Shown here: positions 1 to 10,712 of the stretch, piece after piece
How positions within the stretch are numbered: the stretch's first letter is position 1
How the letters are laid out: each line of letters begins with the position of its first letter
From: a virus
Virus record (IMG/VR): IMGVR_UViG_3300034121_000940
Span: 32,001-96,000 of that record
Length of the DNA: 64,000 nt
Direction: 5' to 3' (one strand)
Made by a program: the position numbers and the translations under genes
Notes under the pieces: model-generated
What the model saw: only the letters and a program-made list of their open reading frames with translations
Told to the model about the DNA's origin: nothing
Database searches by the model: none

Positions 1-273
1 AGGTATTATAAAAACACCATTCTTATAATAAGAAGGTTCACGATAAAATGCTACAGATGCTAAAAAATGTTCATTTACTGCTTTTAACCATGCATCATGA
101 GTTGCTCTAGATATCGTAAATATATCACTGTCATATCCCATAAATGGTGCTGTTGTATTTTCTGTACAAGTATTACCAACAGCACCAAGTAAATTACAAT
201 AATCATCCATATCAAAATTACATACTCTTGATATTTGATTATTCCAAATTTCAAAATTTCTTATAAACCCCAT
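1..273 (-). CDS. Partial virion-module protein (runs off the window start)
   Basis: ATG at 273 (MGFIRNFEIWNNQ...), frame open to base 1. Its RATHDAWLKAVNEHFLASVAF motif resembles RTQAWLKAFNELVLATVPF in the upstream ORF. Confidence 0.75.
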   Translation of the reverse strand, partial: MGFIRNFEIWNNQISRVCNFDMDDYCNLLGAVGNTCTENTTAPFMGYDSDIFTISRATHDAWLKAVNEHFLASVAFYREPSYYKNGVFIIP

Positions 274-275
274 CT

Positions 276-1625
276 TTAAACTGTATATTTTAATTCATAC
301 TTATATCTGTGAAACAGTGCATAATCATTAGCCCAAACAAAAGGTACAGTAGCTAATACAAGCTCATTAAATGCTTTTAACCAAGCCTGTGTTCTATCTT
401 TGTTAGGAGTATTTATTTCATCAATTACATCAGCTAAAACACTACTCCAACTATTTGTAGTTGGATCCCATGCATGACTAGTAAGGTAAGTTGGATCAAG
501 TGGATCAATACCCCATTTTATAAGTTGACCCGGTTGTCCTGTTGGTGGTATTTCTCCAAATTGTACTGCATCTAACCAAACAAATTTTACACCTGTATTA
601 AGATTTATCATTGGAAATATTTCAGCTAATGTTTTATTATTTAAAGTAGGCCATTTTATTTCAGACCAAACTCTAAATGAACATTCAGGACAACCACTTA
701 AATAATTATAATTTTCTAAACCTCCTTTATATAATATTAACTGATCTGCAATATTACCAGGATCCCATTGTGTAAAGTTTAATGAAGTATTTAAATATTC
801 TGTACCATATTGCTCATTAATTAAATTTTCATTTAAAGATTTAAAGTATTCATCTCTATTTCTTCTATAGGATGTTGAAGCAACTGAGTAAGATTCAAAA
901 CATTCTACACAACATATATTTTTTAGTTCTGTACATGTTGGCATATATCGTGGATCATTCATAAAATCCATAGGTATGACTGCAAATTGTGTATCACCAT
1001 AAAGAGTATTAACCAATCTACCCCCTAAATAAGGTTGTGTTTCTTGAGGTGGATCAATTATCATTGAATAGCAATCTGATGTATATACAAAGTGAACTGT
1101 TTCTTTACAACCTTTACTATCTGTAACAGTAAGTTTAATATTACTTACTTTAATGTTTTTATCAATGTCTCCTGTTCTAATAGAATTTGCTGCAATACAA
1201 GTTAAATTTAAAGTAGGTAATGTTGTAGAACCAGAAATAAAATGACCAACAAATTCTCCTTGAGCAATCTCCCATTGATATGTATACGGTCCTTCACCAT
1301 TTGTAATTTCTGAAGTTAATGAAGGTAAATTGTTTTCATCAGTGTTTGCAATAATATTTACAGTTAATTGACAATGTCTACATATTACATCAAGTATATT
1401 TTGTAAAGCATTTTCTAAATTTTCAAAATTATTAACTACACTGAAAGTAGTACCACAATATATAATATCTCCAGCTGTATATTGTATACATGTTGCATCA
1501 AGTATTTCAGAACAGTTATATGATTCTGTACATACTGTAGGATCAGAACATATTGTGTATGATTTTGGTGTATAGTTTAAAATTACTTTCTTATTACTAC
1601 CACCACAATTTTTACAAACAGCCAT
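276..1625 (-). CDS. Cys-rich putative tail/appendage protein with PKD/SprB-like Ig segment
   Basis: 449-aa ORF in the structural operon; DATCIQYT motif; GEGPYTYQW...LTVTDSKGC is Ig/PKD-like. Confidence 0.6.
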   Translation of the reverse strand: MAVCKNCGGSNKKVILNYTPKSYTICSDPTVCTESYNCSEILDATCIQYTAGDIIYCGTTFSVVNNFENLENALQNILDVICRHCQLTVNIIANTDENNLPSLTSEITNGEGPYTYQWEIAQGEFVGHFISGSTTLPTLNLTCIAANSIRTGDIDKNIKVSNIKLTVTDSKGCKETVHFVYTSDCYSMIIDPPQETQPYLGGRLVNTLYGDTQFAVIPMDFMNDPRYMPTCTELKNICCVECFESYSVASTSYRRNRDEYFKSLNENLINEQYGTEYLNTSLNFTQWDPGNIADQLILYKGGLENYNYLSGCPECSFRVWSEIKWPTLNNKTLAEIFPMINLNTGVKFVWLDAVQFGEIPPTGQPGQLIKWGIDPLDPTYLTSHAWDPTTNSWSSVLADVIDEINTPNKDRTQAWLKAFNELVLATVPFVWANDYALFHRYKYELKYTV

Positions 1626-1627
1626 AG

Positions 1628-2164
1628 TTATACTAAATTAGTAAGTGTATAAAATATTGTTTTTTTAGAACCATTTGCATCAGTAACATCCAATCTTATA
1701 TGAGACATATATACAGCCCCTGTAGCACCACTTATACCACCTACTTGTAAAGAATTACCAGATATAGGTGAAAGATATAAATTTGCTGAAGTATACTCAT
1801 TATTTTGCACTTCATGTCCCACAAACAAACCTTGAGCTATTGACCATAAGTATTGATAAGGACCTTGTCCACCTGTAACTATTGCACTTAATGTATACTC
1901 ATTATTATCAATTGTAATATTTAAAGCATCATTATTTACAGAACAAGCTTTAGTAACTAAATTTTGTAATGCTTGTTCTATAGATGTATTATTAGCAATA
2001 ATAGTCTGTGTACCACATTTTAAATCGTTACCTGTGTATGTAACACATGCTGAATCAAAACTTCCATCCTCACATTTTTGTGGTTCTGGGCATCCTGTTG
2101 GATCTAAGCAAGGCGCAACAGGAATTGCATTATCACATCCACATTTTTTACATTTCTTTTCCAT
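1628..2164 (-). CDS. Cys-rich putative structural protein, paralogue of the N-half of 276..1625
   Basis: Shares DSACVTYTG, LEnALQN, GQGPYQYLWSIAQGLFVGH and LDVTDANG motifs with its neighbour. Confidence 0.6.
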   Translation of the reverse strand: MEKKCKKCGCDNAIPVAPCLDPTGCPEPQKCEDGSFDSACVTYTGNDLKCGTQTIIANNTSIEQALQNLVTKACSVNNDALNITIDNNEYTLSAIVTGGQGPYQYLWSIAQGLFVGHEVQNNEYTSANLYLSPISGNSLQVGGISGATGAVYMSHIRLDVTDANGSKKTIFYTLTNLV

Positions 2165-2168
2165 AATC

Positions 2169-4013
2169 TTATCTTAGTCTAGTTATTGCAAATCTGATAC
2201 TATCTCCTGATTGATAAACAGTACCATTATAGTTACGGTCTGAAAAATTAAATATACCTAGTCTAACAACTGTACTACTACTAACTGAAATTGTAGCAGT
2301 AGCTGATAATGATACCGTAGTATGAACACCAGGGATAGTTAAAGGTGTGCTACCAGCAGCTAATGTCATAGGGCCTTGTAAAGATTGAGAATTTCCTGTA
2401 AATACATCATTACTGTTTGATAGAATACCTAAATGAAAAGAACCTATACCAGATGTTTGCCAAATAGGAGGTGTAGCATTAGCTGATTTAAGTTGTAAAG
2501 TACCTGTTATTTGATAAGTTCCTGGTTTAGTAATTAATACTTCACCATCAACATTATCAAATGTACCAAAAGGTAAAGTTGTTACAGTAGTAACATAAGC
2601 TCCAGCTGATGTAGTATTATTTGTAGCCACATTGTTAAGACTGACAAAATTATATTTATTAATAATCCTCATAGCTGAACCAACCATGACACCAGGACCT
2701 GGTGTTTGTATTGGTAAATTACCACATTCAGGTTGACTTGTACTATTAATAGCAACAATTGCTACAAAAGTATCAAGACCATAAAGTGTTTCAACAGTGT
2801 AAGTTGTATCACCTGCACCTGGACCAGCTGTAGAAGTTACATTAGTAATATTATTTGTATTAGTAGATTTAGTAACAATTGCTTCTTTACCTGTAACAGT
2901 ATAAATTGTATTATTAGGATTTGATGTATTTTCAGCTACAGTGATATTATCACCAGCTACAACAGTAGTATTTTTTGATGTTGCATTTACAGTATATGCT
3001 GTATTTCCAGCAACTTCATTTGATGTTACAGTAACATTAGTACCTGCAACAACTGATGATCCTTTTGCAGATACTGCAAATTGTAATTCAGGTCCGCATG
3101 CACTAACATTAGTAGTTGGAGTAACTGTTACATTAGTGTTACCTGCTACAACTTTATATGTTTTATAAGCATCTCTTAAATCTTTTACTGTTAACCACAA
3201 GTCTGTAAAACTTTGACTTAAATTATCAGGAGTAGGAAACCAATCTGTTGCAAACTTTTGTTCTAATGTTTGGGAACAATTTGATAAAGCTACTTCAGAA
3301 CCAACTATTGGTTGAGATAAATAGGCTTGTGTTATTTCTGAAGGTTGTCCTGTGGAAGAGAGTAATGCGCAGTATCCGTGAACATCATCATTTACAAGTG
3401 CTTCAAGTATTACATCTAATTGATATGAAATATTTTGTTCAACACTGCTATCAGCCAATGTACAATCTGGTGCAAATGACGGTAATATATAAGGTGGTGT
3501 AGGAGGAACGGATTCCAATATAAATACTCTTGTAGTTAAATTAGTAATTGAATTATTAATTGTAACAATATCTGTTAATATAGAACATATTTTATTACTA
3601 ATTACTTGAATATAATCTAACAACTTCATTGTTGTTTGACCACCTGATTGTAAACATTCAGCAACTGGTACAACACAGTCAGTAGGGCATGTTGTATTAT
3701 CACGTCTTGTTACATTTCTACTTGTTGTACTAGTAGATATATTATTTAATTCACAAATCTTATTAACTAATAATTGTAATAGTTCATTAAGATTTGTTGG
3801 ATCACCTGTTGTAATTTCTAAACAAGATAAATCCAATGTAGAAATATTAACCGCATCTACAATAGTGCATAACTCTGTAGCTAATGCATATATCACATCA
3901 GTAATACTGTCTCCTGTGCATAGTTTTATACACGGGATATTTGGACCTTGCCAAATAACACAGTTACTTGATATTGGACTACAAGAGTTATTATCTAAAT
4001 TAAGTGGTTTCAT
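2169..4013 (-). CDS. Putative tail fibre/spike protein
   Basis: 614 aa. Cys-rich N-terminus shared with 4075..5916, VVAG(T/D)N(V/I)TV repeats, and a beta-rich C1q/BclA-like C-terminus (GTYQITGTLQ). Confidence 0.65.
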   Translation of the reverse strand: MKPLNLDNNSCSPISSNCVIWQGPNIPCIKLCTGDSITDVIYALATELCTIVDAVNISTLDLSCLEITTGDPTNLNELLQLLVNKICELNNISTSTTSRNVTRRDNTTCPTDCVVPVAECLQSGGQTTMKLLDYIQVISNKICSILTDIVTINNSITNLTTRVFILESVPPTPPYILPSFAPDCTLADSSVEQNISYQLDVILEALVNDDVHGYCALLSSTGQPSEITQAYLSQPIVGSEVALSNCSQTLEQKFATDWFPTPDNLSQSFTDLWLTVKDLRDAYKTYKVVAGNTNVTVTPTTNVSACGPELQFAVSAKGSSVVAGTNVTVTSNEVAGNTAYTVNATSKNTTVVAGDNITVAENTSNPNNTIYTVTGKEAIVTKSTNTNNITNVTSTAGPGAGDTTYTVETLYGLDTFVAIVAINSTSQPECGNLPIQTPGPGVMVGSAMRIINKYNFVSLNNVATNNTTSAGAYVTTVTTLPFGTFDNVDGEVLITKPGTYQITGTLQLKSANATPPIWQTSGIGSFHLGILSNSNDVFTGNSQSLQGPMTLAAGSTPLTIPGVHTTVSLSATATISVSSSTVVRLGIFNFSDRNYNGTVYQSGDSIRFAITRLR

Positions 4014-4074
4014 ATATATATAATATAGTAATAATATTTTTTAAATGCAATTTATTAATCTAAGCAAAGGTTTA

Positions 4075-5916
4075 TTATTCATATAAACTAGTTACTGATG
4101 AAACTATCATAAAAGTATCAGTAGCAACTCTACCTAAACTATCAACAGCTGTTATTTTAGCTAATGAGATGTATATCACTCCACCACCAACTCTTGATAT
4201 TGTTGTTGAAGCACTTGCATCATATTCATATGATATACTTGGTACAAAAGTGAATGATATAAAATTATGCATTGCAGAGTTTGTAGCCCAATCCCACTCG
4301 TATGTAACAGTCCCAACAGCACCAGTAGTTGTTGCTACTAACTCATCATCATTAAAAGTTTTTGATATGCTAACAGAAAATGGTGGTGGGGGAGTGTAGG
4401 GAGGTGAAGGTGGTGATGCACAATCACCACATTCAATTTGTATACAACCACCATCATCTATAATTTCTAAACTGCTTGATGATATACCTTTTAATGATAA
4501 TACTCCTGTGGTAGGATTCCACTCATTAATTAATGATGCTGACACAGTTCCTGCTTCACTTTGAGAAATGATTGTATTCAAATCTTCAGCAAAACCAGCA
4601 GCTGTTAAATTTAATATTCCTGTAGCAGGATTAACAGATCTATTTAATACACCATAGTAACCATATTGTGATAATATATATTGTGTATTTTTATAAGGAT
4701 TACTACCCGGACCAGTAGTAACAGAAGCAAAGTTTACATAGTTTGTATAATTTGAACCTAAATCTGTTTGCAAACTTGTTAAAGATACATCTTTATTATT
4801 TAATACAGCCCATTGATTTAGTAGAGAATTAGCAGAAGTAGAACTATAATCAAAAGCTGGATATATTACACCTTTAAAAAAAGTTAATAATGATAATTCA
4901 TTTTGTAAAGTTGTAAGATCTGATTGAAAATCTGCTGTTGGTTGTCCTACTAATGTAGGAACTCCATTACTTTGGTGATACCATTCATCAGCTTCATTAA
5001 TAAATGATACAAGTAAAATTGAATCTGATATTGTCCATGCTGACGTTCCCCAATTTGCAGGTGGTGTTGTTGCGGCACCATTAGAATCAATAAAGCTATT
5101 GTTTACAGAACCTATACCTATAAATAGATCATGTAAATTATAATCTTTTATTATTTCAATGTGTCTTACATACCTCTCAGCATATTGATTTGTATCACCA
5201 TATAAACCTGTAGAAAAAATATATAAATTTCCTGAATATGCAGGGTTATCTATTTTATATTGATTATGCCAAGCAGTTATAGATTGTGCTAATATTTCTA
5301 CATTTTGTGTTGCTGTAGTAGATGGTACATCATTCCATCCTGCATAGGGACCTGATGTACCATCTACTACAGCCCAAACATCTGTATTAGATGCTAATGT
5401 ATCTTCACAAGAATTTGTTATATCAACTAATCCTTTTGGTCCAATAGGACCTGGTACTCCCGGAGGTCCTGGGATTCCAGGATTACCTTTAACACCTTGT
5501 GGTCCTTGAGGTCCTATCGGACCAGTTGGACCAGTTAAACCAGTTGGACCTGGTGCACCTTTTGGACCAACTAAACCTTGAGGACCTTGAGGACCTGTTG
5601 ACCCTGTAATACCTCTTTTACCAGGAATACCTCTTGGACCAGGTGCTTTTGATATAGCACAAATTTTATCAATTAATGTTTGTATTAAATCATGTGTTGT
5701 TTGTGGTTGTTTACTTAATGATAAACATGTAGTATCATATGATGTAGCATTTAATGAATCAAGCAAACTACATAGTTCATTTGCTAAAGCTGCTACTGCA
5801 TCTGATACACTATCACCTTTACATAATTTAATACATGGCATATCAGGTCCTTCCCAAACAACACAGTTTGAAGATACCGGTGAACAATTTTGATTATCTA
5901 AATTTAATGGTTTCAT
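4075..5916 (-). CDS. Collagen-repeat tail fibre/appendage protein
   Basis: 613 aa; [19 protein letters not shown]-terminus, a Gly-X-Y tract and a C-terminal Ig-like domain. Confidence 0.7.
   Translation of the reverse strand: MKPLNLDNQNCSPVSSNCVVWEGPDMPCIKLCKGDSVSDAVAALANELCSLLDSLNATSYDTTCLSLSKQPQTTHDLIQTLIDKICAISKAPGPRGIPGKRGITGSTGPQGPQGLVGPKGAPGPTGLTGPTGPIGPQGPQGVKGNPGIPGPPGVPGPIGPKGLVDITNSCEDTLASNTDVWAVVDGTSGPYAGWNDVPSTTATQNVEILAQSITAWHNQYKIDNPAYSGNLYIFSTGLYGDTNQYAERYVRHIEIIKDYNLHDLFIGIGSVNNSFIDSNGAATTPPANWGTSAWTISDSILLVSFINEADEWYHQSNGVPTLVGQPTADFQSDLTTLQNELSLLTFFKGVIYPAFDYSSTSANSLLNQWAVLNNKDVSLTSLQTDLGSNYTNYVNFASVTTGPGSNPYKNTQYILSQYGYYGVLNRSVNPATGILNLTAAGFAEDLNTIISQSEAGTVSASLINEWNPTTGVLSLKGISSSSLEIIDDGGCIQIECGDCASPPSPPYTPPPPFSVSISKTFNDDELVATTTGAVGTVTYEWDWATNSAMHNFISFTFVPSISYEYDASASTTISRVGGGVIYISLAKITAVDSLGRVATDTFMIVSSVTSLYE
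5431..5643 (-). repeat. Collagen-like Gly-X-Y coding repeat
   Basis: [10 protein letters not shown]...GPIGPKG tract within 4075..5916. Confidence 0.85.
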
Positions 5917-5928
5917 AAAAAAATTTAT

Positions 5929-8199
5929 TTAATTATTACAAGTTGAACAGTTACAGTTTGAAGAACAATTACAACTTAATGAACTGCTACATATGTAATT
6001 TGTGTCATTTAAGGCTTGTATATCAATTACTTCTTTTTTAACTAATGTTTTATCATCATCCTCAGGACAACAATTACTGATTCCATATCTTAATTGTAAT
6101 ACTTGTTTATATAATATCTCTGCGGTTTGACAAGTTATTCTTTCAAATTTATCAGGATCGCAACTTGGAGTTGTATAACCTGGTCTTACCATTCTACCTG
6201 TTAAAGCAGCAGGACAAACTTTTAAACCTGTACTAGGATTATCAACACACTCACCAGATTCAGTAATTTCAAAATTTTCTCTAGTTATAAACACCCATCT
6301 ATTAATACATATTTTAGGACTTGATTCTCCTACTTCTAAAACAATAATTTGTTCTTCACCAGAACAATCTAAGTAACCAGCTCTAACTTCTCCATCTGTA
6401 ATATTTCTTAATTTAGTACAAGTACATCCTGTAACTGTTAAACAAATTTCACAATCTTCATATTGTTTTATTACAGATACTTCTATAGCATTCTGATAAT
6501 CTGGAGTAGGAGATGTAAAGGCTGTCCAACAACCAGGTTGTCCTGCTAATTTCAAAGCATTGGTTCCATAAGAAGTCATGTCTGTAAATGTTGTAATAGG
6601 CTCTAAATCACCTTCACAAGGATACAATATAAAATAAGCTCTTGAACATTGATCACATGAATCATACACATTTTCAATTACAAACTCTTGTGTTTGTGGT
6701 GGCTTATAATCTATTTGGTCAACATACCAACAATCTCCACAATCTAAAGAAACAATCTTACCAACATAAATAGATAAGTCTTCTTCAGAAAATTTTTGTA
6801 ATAAATCATTCTCACAATTAGTAAGAACATATGCTACAACAGGTAAACATGTTTCACAACTATCATAGGATATGCTAACACTTACATCTTCTAAACATGT
6901 ACATTCTACAGCTATATCTACACTCCAACAACCATCTAATTCATTTAATGTTACTGTTTTATTTCCTGCATACGCATCAAACAAAGATTGATTATTAGAA
7001 TAAATTATTTGATTTGTTGAACAATTTGTTAATTCATAACATGTAATTAAACAATCTGTATCTGATGTACACTCATAAGAAAGTGTTTTTATAACAGGTG
7101 TTGTACTAGATGTAATATAAGGTTTACTAAATGCACATATTTTAGCAGGTAATGAAACTGTTGTTTCAACACCTGTACTATTAAGATATGAAACAATACC
7201 TAAACCACTTACAGTAATACAACTACCATAACATGGGTCACATCTTGTACCATCATAAACAATGTTATTATTTATATTAGATCCTAAAGGCGGTGTTCCT
7301 AGAAATACTTTTACAGTAAAACAACCTAAAAACTCATAAGTTACATTATCAGTTACTTCAATATTTTCATCTATATGATTTGCAAATACTGCACTAGTTG
7401 TAAAAGTAATAAGTTGATCAGAATTAAAACATGGATATAATATATACCACTGATTACTCTGAACAATATATGTAGGAATTAAAATTTCAAATTGACAGGA
7501 CTGGCCAGCAAATGTAAAATTAAATAGTGCAGTTGAATCACTTGTTGATACTTGACCTGTTATACTAAAAACAATTGTTCCTCCTGTACCATTAGATAAA
7601 ACTCCAGGAACTAATGTAGCTGTTAAACCTGTTGCATTAGTTGAATTAACAGTTTGAGTTGCATAAGCAGCACCATTACCTCCTGTATAACTAATTGTAA
7701 CAGTTCCTGTAACAGGTGTATTTGGAGTTACAGGATTCGGTAAAACATCAACTACTGCATTAGCACAGTCTAATGACGTAACTGATGGTGTAGGCGGAGG
7801 AGGTGGTGTTGGAGGAGCCATTTGTAATGTAACAGGACAAATAGGAATTACACCAAATTGATCAAATGCAAGATTAAAAACAGGAGCAACACTATCAAGA
7901 GATACCTGACCTGTTACATTATATACAAGTTCACCAAAATCACCTAAACAAGTAGGACAAGGTCCTGGAGTAGGTGACATACCTGGTACTAAAGTTGCTG
8001 TTAATCCTGTATTACCCGTTGATAAAACTGGTGTAACCATATTATAACCCGCTGGATCAGGATAAGGTAAAGGACCAATACTACCAGCTTGCCAAGGAAT
8101 AACTATAGTTCCCGTAATAGGTGTATTTGCAACTATAGGATATGGGGTAAGATTAATTACTTGTTGATTACAGTAAAATTCAGGTTGTCTAATTGCCAT
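5929..8199 (-). CDS. Large Cys-rich virion protein with two flavobacterial-type Ig-like domains
   Basis: 756 aa. Two NTP(I/V)TGT...TGLTATLVPG...(V/I)TGQVS repeats, then several YxLxxC...GCW...YxxCxxC repeats. Confidence 0.6.
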   Translation of the reverse strand: MAIRQPEFYCNQQVINLTPYPIVANTPITGTIVIPWQAGSIGPLPYPDPAGYNMVTPVLSTGNTGLTATLVPGMSPTPGPCPTCLGDFGELVYNVTGQVSLDSVAPVFNLAFDQFGVIPICPVTLQMAPPTPPPPPTPSVTSLDCANAVVDVLPNPVTPNTPVTGTVTISYTGGNGAAYATQTVNSTNATGLTATLVPGVLSNGTGGTIVFSITGQVSTSDSTALFNFTFAGQSCQFEILIPTYIVQSNQWYILYPCFNSDQLITFTTSAVFANHIDENIEVTDNVTYEFLGCFTVKVFLGTPPLGSNINNNIVYDGTRCDPCYGSCITVSGLGIVSYLNSTGVETTVSLPAKICAFSKPYITSSTTPVIKTLSYECTSDTDCLITCYELTNCSTNQIIYSNNQSLFDAYAGNKTVTLNELDGCWSVDIAVECTCLEDVSVSISYDSCETCLPVVAYVLTNCENDLLQKFSEEDLSIYVGKIVSLDCGDCWYVDQIDYKPPQTQEFVIENVYDSCDQCSRAYFILYPCEGDLEPITTFTDMTSYGTNALKLAGQPGCWTAFTSPTPDYQNAIEVSVIKQYEDCEICLTVTGCTCTKLRNITDGEVRAGYLDCSGEEQIIVLEVGESSPKICINRWVFITRENFEITESGECVDNPSTGLKVCPAALTGRMVRPGYTTPSCDPDKFERITCQTAEILYKQVLQLRYGISNCCPEDDDKTLVKKEVIDIQALNDTNYICSSSLSCNCSSNCNCSTCNN

Positions 8200-8206
8200 T
8201 TTTTAA

Positions 8207-8401
8207 TTATTTATTTGCTGTATACCTGTCAGCTCCCCAAACATTTTTGTTTACTGTTGGTGCTGTAGGAACAACTGGTTTCTTATCTTGTAATCCTTTT
8301 TCATAAAAGGACAAACAACTTGAACAACATGATGTTCCATCACTTGCTCTTCTCTTTTGACATCCGCAAGACATTCTTGCTCCACAGTTACTACAATTCA
8401 T
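8207..8401 (-). CDS. Small Cys-rich protein
   Basis: 64-aa ORF with CxxC..CxC..CCxxC, in operon context. Confidence 0.6.
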   Translation of the reverse strand: MNCSNCGARMSCGCQKRRASDGTSCCSSCLSFYEKGLQDKKPVVPTAPTVNKNVWGADRYTANK

Positions 8402-8420
8402 ATTGTTGGTTTTTTAAAGT

Positions 8421-8990
8421 TTAACAATTATTACATTCAAATTTATTCAAAAGTTTTAATGCATAGTTATATAATGTCATACCTTTTTGTGGTTCATGGC
8501 AAAATTCTACTTTTGATTTAGCAGATTCAAGATACATTTTAATTAATCTCAGCTTTTCTAATTTTTCTTTTACTTTAGCTGGTGGATCACAATCTGCAAG
8601 ATCTACTGTGCATAATACTTTGTAATATTTATTTAGGGCTTGAGAAATTCTTAAATAATTATATTCTGCAAATACTAAATTATTTGGCGACACACTATAT
8701 TTAATTGCATAAATTCCATCAGGTATATTTGCTAATTGTGTACCACATCCAGATGTTTGTAATTCTAAATCACATGCTGTTAAATTAATACTTCCTCCTT
8801 CAACAAAAGCTAACATTTTATCTCCTACAATTTCAACAGAGTGACTGAATCCAGGAACTGTAATTGTTAGTGTAGGACATATAATGGGAATATTTGGAGA
8901 TGTAGTTTGATATACACTTGTATCAAAAATCTTCATTACACAGGTATTTGCTACCGTAGGGATATCTAAACTTAATATATGATTTGCCAT
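8421..8990 (-). CDS. Putative structural protein
   Basis: 189-aa ORF with a PDGIYxIxYS motif, located in the virion module. Confidence 0.55.
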   Translation of the reverse strand: MANHILSLDIPTVANTCVMKIFDTSVYQTTSPNIPIICPTLTITVPGFSHSVEIVGDKMLAFVEGGSINLTACDLELQTSGCGTQLANIPDGIYAIKYSVSPNNLVFAEYNYLRISQALNKYYKVLCTVDLADCDPPAKVKEKLEKLRLIKMYLESAKSKVEFCHEPQKGMTLYNYALKLLNKFECNNC

Positions 8991-9003
8991 AGTTCCTTAA
9001 AAT

Positions 9004-9042
9004 AAAAAAGGAGAGAAGAGTTTGAAACTCTCACTCTCCTTT
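9004..9042 (-). terminator. Intrinsic terminator
   Basis: GGAGAG..GAG/CTC..CTCTCC stem with a U-run on the minus strand, after the 527-aa gene. Confidence 0.7.
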
Positions 9043-9062
9043 AAAGTTATTATTTTTTCCTA

Positions 9063-10646
9063 TTAGATTATTGCAGGAATTTTAACAACTGGTGTACAGT
9101 TTGAACCACATTCAAATGTTTCTAAACCACCACAGTTATTTCCACAAGCATTTAACCATGCATTAACAAAAGTTGTAAATGCTTGTCCTTGTGCACCATC
9201 TGTTGGGTTAACAGTTTTGGCAACAATAATTTCTAATAAATATTGATCATTATCAAAAGTACTAGATGCATTATTGAAACGTGGAACATGGTGTTGAATA
9301 TAGAATCTGTTGTAAGATTCATTTCTATCAATAATTTCCAACATTTGATTTCCTTGAGTAATCTCACGGATACGGAAATCAGAATGGAAGAAGTTTTGTC
9401 TATATCTTTCTGAAAGAATTACATCTCTCAATACAGTTTCACCTAAACCATTAGCTTGTCTTCCTTGACACTCAGTAATTACACAAAGACCTTCAAATGC
9501 ACATGGATCACCATTTAAGTCAACTTCAGAAGCGTATAATCTTACCGGCTCTTTTTCATAGAAGTCAGAAACTTGGAATGTACAATCACCAAATTTAGTA
9601 TCTACATAAGCACCAAATAATGTCATACCTGCATATTTACCAGCAACGTGAGCTGTAGCAACATATTTATCCCAAGTACCACCAATAGTATAACCTGCAG
9701 GAGCTGTAATACCTGTTAAATCAGTTCCTGGTTTGTACCATAATTTGTTATCTTCAGATGAAACAACTGGGTAAACAAATGGAGAAATTAATGGAGAATC
9801 AACAATTTGTTGAGCCCATTTAATGTAAACTTCAGTAGCATTTACAGCAGTTGGTACAATTGCATTAGGATCACAACATCCTGTGTAAGCAGTTAATGTT
9901 AAATAAGCATTGTGATTTAAAAATCTTAAAGCAGGAGAACCTTTGATATCTAAACGTAAGTTATAAGTTTCACCACATAAGAAATCTTTTTGACATCCTT
10001 TTTTAGCACCAGCTGTAGCAACAGTTAATGTTGGTTGTGTAATAACACCATTAGCTTGTAATTGACCAGCAACAGCAGTTAAAGTATTACCAGCTACATA
10101 ACCAGTACCACCATTAACAATTTCTACTACAGTAACAACACCACCTGCAACAGTTAATTTAGCAATGAAACCTGATCCAGCACCACCAGAAAAAGCAACT
10201 TCATTATAAACACCATTAACTATGTTTGCACCAGCATTATTGATTGTAAGTGTTAACACTTGATCATCAGTAAATGGAGTGTATCCTACATGAATAACAT
10301 TTTGAGATGGATCACATTTTGGAGCAAAATAAAATTTGCTTACATATTTAGGGTTAATTTCTTTAGATTTATTAGACTCTAAATATCCACCATGGAAAGG
10401 ACCAATTTTATCTTTTTTAAATAAAGAACCAGAAGCCAAAATTAATGGGCAACATCCGTTTCCAGAAAAAGTAGTTGGTTGAACTTTCCAATCTTTAGGA
10501 TTAACGAAAGCATACTGACCAGCTGCTAAAATGTTTCCTGTTGTTCCTAATACTCCTTGATTTAAGGCAGTATATCCTTGTCCTATTGGAGCAAGAGCAT
10601 TTACACCTACAAAGGATTTTTGAAATGCATGACTAAAATAACTCAT
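9063..10646 (-). CDS. Abundant virion structural protein (auxiliary capsid/decoration-like)
   Basis: 527 aa, with its own late-promoter-like motif and terminator. Position downstream of the MCP and ring genes matches crAss-like head modules. Contains an inserted Gly-rich beta domain. Confidence 0.5.
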   Translation of the reverse strand: MSYFSHAFQKSFVGVNALAPIGQGYTALNQGVLGTTGNILAAGQYAFVNPKDWKVQPTTFSGNGCCPLILASGSLFKKDKIGPFHGGYLESNKSKEINPKYVSKFYFAPKCDPSQNVIHVGYTPFTDDQVLTLTINNAGANIVNGVYNEVAFSGGAGSGFIAKLTVAGGVVTVVEIVNGGTGYVAGNTLTAVAGQLQANGVITQPTLTVATAGAKKGCQKDFLCGETYNLRLDIKGSPALRFLNHNAYLTLTAYTGCCDPNAIVPTAVNATEVYIKWAQQIVDSPLISPFVYPVVSSEDNKLWYKPGTDLTGITAPAGYTIGGTWDKYVATAHVAGKYAGMTLFGAYVDTKFGDCTFQVSDFYEKEPVRLYASEVDLNGDPCAFEGLCVITECQGRQANGLGETVLRDVILSERYRQNFFHSDFRIREITQGNQMLEIIDRNESYNRFYIQHHVPRFNNASSTFDNDQYLLEIIVAKTVNPTDGAQGQAFTTFVNAWLNACGNNCGGLETFECGSNCTPVVKIPAII

Positions 10647-10712
10647 TGTTTTTTGTTTTAATTAATAAATAACACTATTTATAATATAGTAAAAGATTTT
10701 ATAAATTCAAAA

